Part shown: positions 7,903 through 14,069 of the stretch, piece by piece | How positions within the stretch are numbered: position 1 is the stretch's first letter | How the letters are laid out: each line of letters begins with the position of its first letter | Assembly (NCBI GenBank): GCA_017444005.1 | Contig: JAFSXQ010000262.1 | Location: 1 to 39,487 of the forward strand | Direction of reading: 5' to 3' | DNA: 39,487 nucleotides | Origin: Bacteroidaceae bacterium | GTDB taxonomy: Bacteria; Bacteroidota; Bacteroidia; Bacteroidales; Bacteroidaceae | Translations under genes and position numbers: made by a program | The notes under the pieces: model-generated | The model's database searches: none | What the model was told of the DNA's origin: nothing | What the model saw: only the letters and a program-made list of their open reading frames with translations

Positions 7903-9023
7903 AATTTTATTTCGTCAAACAAATATTGTACCTTTGAGATTTCCACAAAGGCGTTTAGCCGTGCCTGGACCAATCCTTTGCGCTCCGAGAGTGTGAGCAT
8001 GTCGAAGACGACACGCATCGAATGCAGGTAGCCCATGTCGGGATTCCACATAATCAGTTCACACTTCGCCACGCCATCCGTTTCATCGATGAGTCCGAAA
8101 TAGGGTTTGCAGCCATGATCCAGACAGTAGTTAATCCACTGGTTCAAGCGTACCTGCAAGGTATCGTACTTAAAGCCGTACTTCACCATGCGGATTTCGA
8201 GGTCGTAGTCGTTCTCCACCTGCCCCGTAGTCAGCAGATTGGCAACGCTTTCCTTCATCAGGCGGGTGTTGCAGAGCAGGCGCAGGCTATCCCGTTCGTC
8301 CCGTTCATAGTAACTATCCGAATTTATCTGTGGCAGATAAAATTTCTCGCCAGGCAATATGAAGTAACGCCCCTGCCACGTGGTTTTCAGACGGGCAGAG
8401 TCGGGCACCTCAGCCATGCGTGGTTCGGCACTCCACTGGGCGACTTCGGGCAGAAGCCGCCGTTCCCTCTCTTCCATGTCCGTCCCTGCCAGCAGGTTGT
8501 AGTCGATGGGGAAGTTTATGGCGAAGCGTTCCTCGTCGCCCTTCATCCAGTGCACGGTGTATCGCTTGCCATTCAGGTTCTCGACGGAGACGGCCAGTGT
8601 GGTGTCGGCAGCCACCTGATGCAGGGCGTCCATTTTGCCCCCACGGAAGAAGACGCCATCCTCGTCCAGATGCCGGGCCACACTGCGTTCACGTTGCACG
8701 GGAAGGTCGAGGAACAGCGGATAGCGCTCCACGAAATCAAATGCCGGCGAAGACATTGCCTCGCGCAACTGTTCGGAGAACAACGAATAGCCGATGTGCG
8801 TGACCACGCTGTCGGCCACTACCACAGTGACGGGATGGGCCTTGTACTGCAATAATCCGACATAACGTCCTTCGGGCAGGGTGTCCAATTGTGCCTCGGC
8901 CTGCAGGGCAGTCGCCATACGCTGCAAGAGGTCAGTACGATAGCGGTTTCCCGCCATCGCCTGACCTGTCTGTAGCATCGTGAGCACAAGTGCCCACAGG
9001 ATTATGTGGCGTCGCCCCAGCAT
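7899..9023 (-). CDS. exported protein of unknown function
   Basis: 374 aa with a signal peptide (MLGRRHIILWALVLTMLQTGQAMAG). It starts 9 bp after the stop of the Zn-ribbon gene. No domain recognised. Confidence 0.75.
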   Translation of the reverse strand: MLGRRHIILWALVLTMLQTGQAMAGNRYRTDLLQRMATALQAEAQLDTLPEGRYVGLLQYKAHPVTVVVADSVVTHIGYSLFSEQLREAMSSPAFDFVERYPLFLDLPVQRERSVARHLDEDGVFFRGGKMDALHQVAADTTLAVSVENLNGKRYTVHWMKGDEERFAINFPIDYNLLAGTDMEERERRLLPEVAQWSAEPRMAEVPDSARLKTTWQGRYFILPGEKFYLPQINSDSYYERDERDSLRLLCNTRLMKESVANLLTTGQVENDYDLEIRMVKYGFKYDTLQVRLNQWINYCLDHGCKPYFGLIDETDGVAKCELIMWNPDMGYLHSMRVVFDMLTLSERKGLVQARLNAFVEISKVQYLFDEIKL

Positions 9024-9032
9024 CTCTGTTTA

Positions 9033-9896
9033 TCAAAGACCCGACACGAACTTGCGTGTGCCGTCGGCGAAGCGAATTTCGCCCTGGCGCAACTTGCCGT
9101 TCTCAACCTTGGCATTGGCAATCTTGTCACCGGGATTCACGGTAACAGTCTCACCCGAGGCCTTCTTCAGGTCGATGGTGTAGGTCTTGTTGACGGTGAT
9201 CTCACCACCAATACCGCTCTTGTTACCCGATACGGAACCTTTGTAGGTGCCCCAGCCCAGGTTGATGGTATTACTGCCACCGCCACCTGTAACCTCGGCG
9301 CCGACCCATGCAGCATTGATGGCACTCTCCAATTCATAAATCTTAGCAACATCATCGCTCTCTACGGCCTCGCGCAGCGCTGTGAGCAACGTGTTGATGG
9401 CCTCCTTGGCGTCCTTTTTCAGTTTCTTGTCCTTTTCGGTCAACAGTTTCTCGTTGGCAGCCAGTACCGAGTCGGCACGCTCTTTCACGCGAGCCAGTTC
9501 GGCTGCACGCTCTTCGGCACTGCCCTGCAGAGCCTTCTCGGCAGCCAATCGTTGTGCCTCGGCCTCAGCCATAGCAGCCTCGGCTTCCTGGCGCTGTGTA
9601 TCTGCCTCGGCAGCAGCACGCTCGGCTTCCATCTTCTCCTGCTTTGCCTTCTGGTTCGAATCGTAGATGCTGTAGCCGCCATATCCCAGACCGCCCAGCA
9701 CAACAACTGCAGCAGCAATGATGCCGATGAGTTTGCCGTTAGGTTTGCGGCCACCATCTCCGCCCGTGGGTTTACCCCCAAATGGAATAAGAGGCTTACC
9801 ACAATACTCACACACAAAGTTACTCTTCTCCGCTTCCATTATCTCGTCGCAATGTTCACATTCTTCATTGCGACAAATACCTTTCATTTTTGCCAT
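9033..9896 (-). CDS. Zn-ribbon / single-TM / coiled-coil / MORN-like membrane protein
   Basis: The ORF-track start at 9923 is a TTG; ATG at 9894-9896 gives MAKMKGICRNEECEHCDEIMEAEKSNFVCEYCGKP (CX4CX2C...CX2C zinc ribbon). A TM helix follows (LIGIIAAAVVVLGGLGYGGYSIY), then ~110 aa of Ala/Glu/Lys-rich coiled coil. The C-terminal Gly-rich beta repeats (GWGTYKGSVSGNKSGIGGEITV; ENGKLRQGEIRFADGTRKFV) look MORN-like. Confidence 0.8.
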   Translation of the reverse strand: MAKMKGICRNEECEHCDEIMEAEKSNFVCEYCGKPLIPFGGKPTGGDGGRKPNGKLIGIIAAAVVVLGGLGYGGYSIYDSNQKAKQEKMEAERAAAEADTQRQEAEAAMAEAEAQRLAAEKALQGSAEERAAELARVKERADSVLAANEKLLTEKDKKLKKDAKEAINTLLTALREAVESDDVAKIYELESAINAAWVGAEVTGGGGSNTINLGWGTYKGSVSGNKSGIGGEITVNKTYTIDLKKASGETVTVNPGDKIANAKVENGKLRQGEIRFADGTRKFVSGL

Positions 9897-10097
9897 AATT
9901 TGTTTCCTATTTACTAATATCAATTTATTCGTATCATATCACGACTTTTGAGATGCGAGAGGCGTGGACAACAGAGGGGCCCTACAATTGGGACATACGA
10001 AATCGTCAGGTGATACTTCAACCACGATACAAAACAATTCGCATGAATCATTTATACACTTACCTCTTACCAGTTTTCGCATCATCACACTATTCAA

Positions 10098-13000
10098 TTA
10101 AAGGTCTTTAAGTTCAGCATTTATAATCTCCACTGCTAATGCCTTATACTCGTTATACACAGGGCTAAACTGGTTGCCTTCGCACATGGTAGGCAGTATG
10201 AGTTGGTTGACAACGCCTCCTAACGCCTTGCGCACCTCAGCCTTCTGGTCATTGCTCCGTGCCTGTTTCGTCAGTTCCTTAGCCACCTGTGCCTTCAGTT
10301 GCTGCAGTTTTCTATAGTCTTGCGCCAATGCATTCAGGCAACCTTCAAAGTTCTTACCAATCTTCACCCAACTGTCACCAAACACATCATCGGGGATATT
10401 CATCGCATAGAAGCGTTCACCCGTGGTGGGATCCTGCTGTGGTTGGATTTGATTGAGTGCAAAGGCCAGCATGAGAGGTTTCTTGGCATCAGCAAAGTTC
10501 TCCTTTGAGTCTTTCTCGAACAAAGCGGGCAGAGCCTCCTTGAAACTCTCTGTATGCAACACCATACGGTTCAGATCCTTCTCGGGAGCAGCCAGCAGTT
10601 GGTCGTATTTCTGCTTCAGTGTAGTCAGGTTTGCCAAATAACGAAGAGGGAAACCGGAGTTGGCACACACGATTACAATCTGGTTAGTCTTGTAGTTCTC
10701 CGAGAGGTCTGCATCAGGTGACGGAACAAAGCCAGGTATCGTGTTTTGGAACACCTGGAGAAGACGATTCTTGAACTCAAGTGTAGCACCCTCTGCTCTA
10801 GGCATTGCAACCTGTACCATGCTCTGCATAACAGCAGGTGTGCCAGCAATGACCTTACTGCGTTCCTCTGCATTGAACTGTACATAGGACTGCGCCCATC
10901 CAACAGCCTGTTTGACAAAGGCTTCCATCTTCTCCTCCGTGTTCAGTTCGTTCTTCAATTTATCGAGAATATTCACGCCCACCATCTTCATCATCGGGTC
11001 GTTCTTTGCCGAATCTTCCATTGCCATACGGGCATTCTTGGTACAAACATCGAGTACAATGTCTATAGCCGTCTCGTAATCGGTATTTGCATATAAGTTG
11101 GCAAAGGTTCGTTCTCCTTCTTCTCCCAATCCAGCAATCATGCGAGTACGGATTTCCGCAGCATTGCCACTCTGGTTCTCAAAATTAATAGAGTATTGTT
11201 TGGCTAGTGCATGCACGCGTTCGGGGTCATACTTCTTGACGATGCCATCCTCTTGGGCTTCACTTGTCCGGCACTTGTTTCCTGCCTGTTTCGTAACCTC
11301 TGTAAGAATGTCGTCCATTTCCTTCTTCATCGCCTGTATGCCCTCAATCATACTACCCATTTCTATGATGAGTTCCTGAAGAAGCAAAGTCGCATACTTG
11401 TATGCATCAATGCGTGTGGCTGTGATATAATAGTTACACTTAGCTGTCTTGTACGTATTGAATATCTGTGTCGGCGACACAAAGGGATTCAGATTGGGCC
11501 ACCCAAGTTTTCCCCACTCGCGGTTGGCATCATCGATAGCGACCTGCTGTCCGTCTCTCTCTTCCTCTAACCTAGCAATTTGCTGCTTGAAAGCGGTGAT
11601 GCGATCCTGACAATCCTTGCGCATAAGTTGGGCATACTTTTCAATCTGCAAAATACTCTTGCCCTCCTTGCCTCCTGCTGCCCACTGGTCGAAGAGTATT
11701 TTCTCGATGTGCCTACGCAGATGACGGGCATAGCCCTTGAGTTCTTGTTGTTGTATTTCGTAGAATTTCTTCACACCATGAGCACGGAAACTATTCTCAT
11801 AGTAATCGTCCACTAACTTGGTGAACTCAGCCAGCCACAGTTTCTTCTCATACTGACTCTGCACCAATGCGGCATCCTGTTGTGTTCGAGTTTCCCACGT
11901 GGTGGAGAAGTCCTTCCACTTCTTAGTATTCGCACTGTCGATGATGGGTTTGGCCAAAGTCAAATAAGAATTCGAGAGTTTGTATTGCTCGCGATTCTTC
12001 ACATTCTTTATCTCATCGGCATATCCCGAACCAACTTCCTCGATGGAGCATTCGCCATAGCCTACGCCCTCCTGCCAGAGGTTGTAGGTAAGTTGGCGTG
12101 TGGCCTGTATGGCATAACTATAGGACATGTATTCATCTATCTCCGTTTCGGGGTACTCGATGCGTGTAATACCGAAAGAAAGGAACTTGCGGCTACGATT
12201 GTTCTCCCCATTCAAGTCCTGTTCTGGAGCAGCCCCGTCATTCTCACAGCCCACCAGGCGAGACATCTTACCTGCACTACCATTCATATTGGCTACGACA
12301 ATAGTCTGGAACATAAAGTCTGCCACAGAAGCAGGTAACTGTGTCCCCAAATCCAGAATTTTGCCAGCCTCATTTACATTGCTATAGATATAGGCGGCCT
12401 CGAATGATTCACCTTCCAACAAACGTTTCACCTCCTGCGTATAAACATCTTTTTCTCCTGTGACATCTAAGGGGTGATATTTACCTACGCTTACAGCATT
12501 CAGTTCCTGCAAAGCGGCATATCCGTTGGCCTGATAGAAACCGCTGTCGTGGTCGCTATAGACCATAACGCTCTCGGGAATGTACAGGAAAAGGCGAATT
12601 TTGAAGGCTTTGGTGCCTTCATTATATGGATATTTCTTACGTATTTGGGATAGAACATCTATGATGGAGCCCGAACCCGTACCACCAGCAAGACCTGCAC
12701 AGATATGGAATGTGACATCCTGATCGTTCGAGTCCTGCTGCAAACGAGTCACAGCACTATGGATGACATTGTTCAGATTATCGCGACTAACGGAGTCACC
12801 CAGGTTGTTGGCAACGAGCACACGGCCCAATCTACGACGCTGGCCGCCGATACCAGCCGAAATCAAAGGCCCCATGTGTCGGTCCATCAGTTGCTTGTCA
12901 GTATCGCTGATAAAGGACTGTAAACCAGGATACATACTTAAGTTTTGAAGCACGTTGGAATTAATGCCGTTGATATTCACCTTCTGTGCTTCACCCAGAT

Positions 13001-13193
13001 GGACACTCTTTCCTATCACCTTCCAGCCTGTACGATCGTTCAGATCTGCTGGCGAAGAGTCCACATAAACATAATCCAAGTGAACACCACGACCAGGGTC
13101 GTTGCTGCGAAACTCTTCGTACACTCTTTTACGCAGTTCGCGGAGCACCTTGCCTCCCGTACCGCCTAATCCGATAATCAAATGGTTTGACAT
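10098..13193 (-). CDS. giant tubulin/FtsZ-superfamily GTPase (tubulin-like, Tubulin_2/FtsZl-type) with a ~650-aa C-terminal extension
   Basis: 1031 aa.
- N-terminal G-loop: IIGLGGTGGK (aa 6-15).
- YVDSSPADL, comparable to the FtsZ NTD segment.
- T3-like: SAGIGGQRRRLGR.
- Canonical T4 tubulin signature: CAGLAGGTGSGSIIDV (aa 165-180, nt 12669-12695 for GLAGGTGSG).
- No signal peptide or TM segment.
- The remainder is helical-looking with no domain I recognise. Confidence 0.85.
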   Translation of the reverse strand: MSNHLIIGLGGTGGKVLRELRKRVYEEFRSNDPGRGVHLDYVYVDSSPADLNDRTGWKVIGKSVHLGEAQKVNINGINSNVLQNLSMYPGLQSFISDTDKQLMDRHMGPLISAGIGGQRRRLGRVLVANNLGDSVSRDNLNNVIHSAVTRLQQDSNDQDVTFHICAGLAGGTGSGSIIDVLSQIRKKYPYNEGTKAFKIRLFLYIPESVMVYSDHDSGFYQANGYAALQELNAVSVGKYHPLDVTGEKDVYTQEVKRLLEGESFEAAYIYSNVNEAGKILDLGTQLPASVADFMFQTIVVANMNGSAGKMSRLVGCENDGAAPEQDLNGENNRSRKFLSFGITRIEYPETEIDEYMSYSYAIQATRQLTYNLWQEGVGYGECSIEEVGSGYADEIKNVKNREQYKLSNSYLTLAKPIIDSANTKKWKDFSTTWETRTQQDAALVQSQYEKKLWLAEFTKLVDDYYENSFRAHGVKKFYEIQQQELKGYARHLRRHIEKILFDQWAAGGKEGKSILQIEKYAQLMRKDCQDRITAFKQQIARLEEERDGQQVAIDDANREWGKLGWPNLNPFVSPTQIFNTYKTAKCNYYITATRIDAYKYATLLLQELIIEMGSMIEGIQAMKKEMDDILTEVTKQAGNKCRTSEAQEDGIVKKYDPERVHALAKQYSINFENQSGNAAEIRTRMIAGLGEEGERTFANLYANTDYETAIDIVLDVCTKNARMAMEDSAKNDPMMKMVGVNILDKLKNELNTEEKMEAFVKQAVGWAQSYVQFNAEERSKVIAGTPAVMQSMVQVAMPRAEGATLEFKNRLLQVFQNTIPGFVPSPDADLSENYKTNQIVIVCANSGFPLRYLANLTTLKQKYDQLLAAPEKDLNRMVLHTESFKEALPALFEKDSKENFADAKKPLMLAFALNQIQPQQDPTTGERFYAMNIPDDVFGDSWVKIGKNFEGCLNALAQDYRKLQQLKAQVAKELTKQARSNDQKAEVRKALGGVVNQLILPTMCEGNQFSPVYNEYKALAVEIINAELKDL

Positions 13194-13228
13194 AGTATTT
13201 GTTCGTTTAAGTTTTGTTGATTCACGTT

Positions 13229-13810
13229 TCAGAATACATCTTCAGCCCTTGAGAACGTAGACACACGGCCTGAGGAGTATCCGCCCACGCCTATACCAAA
13301 ATGCTCACAAGTCATGTAGGCCCCTACCCCACCTGCTATCAGGAACAGCAGGGCCCAGAAGATGCGCCAATGGATGAACGAGGCAATGCTGTCTCGCACT
13401 GAGGCGGCTACCATGTGGGGGACCTGCTCCACGGTATGACCGGCCAGGGCAGCACCGTCGATGTAGGAGGCCAGGAAGGGATAGTTACCCGTGAGGGACG
13501 AGACCAGTTCGCTGGCGTCGCTCTGGCTGAGATTGTCCTTCAGTATGCCCGTCTGCGATGACAGCAGACTGGCGGCCTGAGCCTCTACGTCGTTCACCAG
13601 ACTGCGCACGCGCAAGGCACCGCAGAAGAGGGTTGTCTGAATGAAAAGCAGAATGAAAGCCGCGCCAAGGGCCACGTAGCCTACAGGGGCAAGACGGCGG
13701 TCAGGTGAAAGGACACGCACCAAGAGGAAGGCAAGAAGTACCCCCCCCACTGCCATCAGCAAGCCCCAGGCGAGGCTTGAGAAGGAATATGATACCAGTG
13801 TCCACCACAT
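13229..13810 (-). CDS. small polytopic membrane protein (first gene of the tubulin-like operon)
   Basis: 193 aa with at least three hydrophobic helices (LAWGLLMAVGGVLLAFLLV; VGYVALGAAFILLFIQTTLFCGAL; IFWALLFLIAGGVGAYM). Its stop lies 35 bp upstream of the tubulin-like start. No family recognised. Confidence 0.7.
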   Translation of the reverse strand: MWWTLVSYSFSSLAWGLLMAVGGVLLAFLLVRVLSPDRRLAPVGYVALGAAFILLFIQTTLFCGALRVRSLVNDVEAQAASLLSSQTGILKDNLSQSDASELVSSLTGNYPFLASYIDGAALAGHTVEQVPHMVAASVRDSIASFIHWRIFWALLFLIAGGVGAYMTCEHFGIGVGGYSSGRVSTFSRAEDVF

Positions 13811-13850
13811 AACAACTACAAATTTGGCCTTTTACGGCATAGTTTGCCTA

Positions 13851-13858
13851 CAAAGTTA
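13851..13858 (-). promoter_or_regulatory. candidate Bacteroidota -7 promoter box (TAACTTTG) for the tubulin-like operon
   Basis: The minus strand reads TAACTTTG, matching the TAnnTTTG consensus. It lies about 41 nt upstream of the ATG at 13810 and just downstream of the terminator of the preceding operon. Confidence 0.4.
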
Positions 13859-14000
13859 AAAAAGAAAATCATACGATACAACTTTTTGTCGCAGTTTTTG
13901 TCTACATTTGCCTCATTTCGCACAATTTGCAGGGGAAGGGCTTCGCATGAAGGCAAGAGGGGGACTATACATCATTATATTGCGCACGCACGTGCATAGG

Positions 14001-14049
14001 GAAAAAGAGACCCGCAGCCTGAGAGATGGGCTGCGGGTCTCTTTTTTTG
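14001..14049 (-). terminator. rho-independent (bidirectional-looking) terminator after the PUL operon
   Basis: Perfect 14-bp stem AGAGACCCGCAGCC (14006-14019) / GGCTGCGGGTCTCT (14029-14042) with a 9-nt loop. It is flanked by an A-run on the left and a T7 run on the right, and sits 21 nt after the SusD stop at 14070. Confidence 0.75.
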
Positions 14050-14069
14050 TATCCGGGGTGGAGAGGACA

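Noticed and set aside
9480-9660. Repetitive GC-rich DNA (GCC/TCG/GCA-type periodicity) that could look like a DNA repeat element.
   Set aside because: It is the coding sequence of the Ala/Glu-rich coiled coil of the Zn-ribbon protein. The repetition is at the amino-acid level, and there are no spacer/repeat units as in CRISPR.
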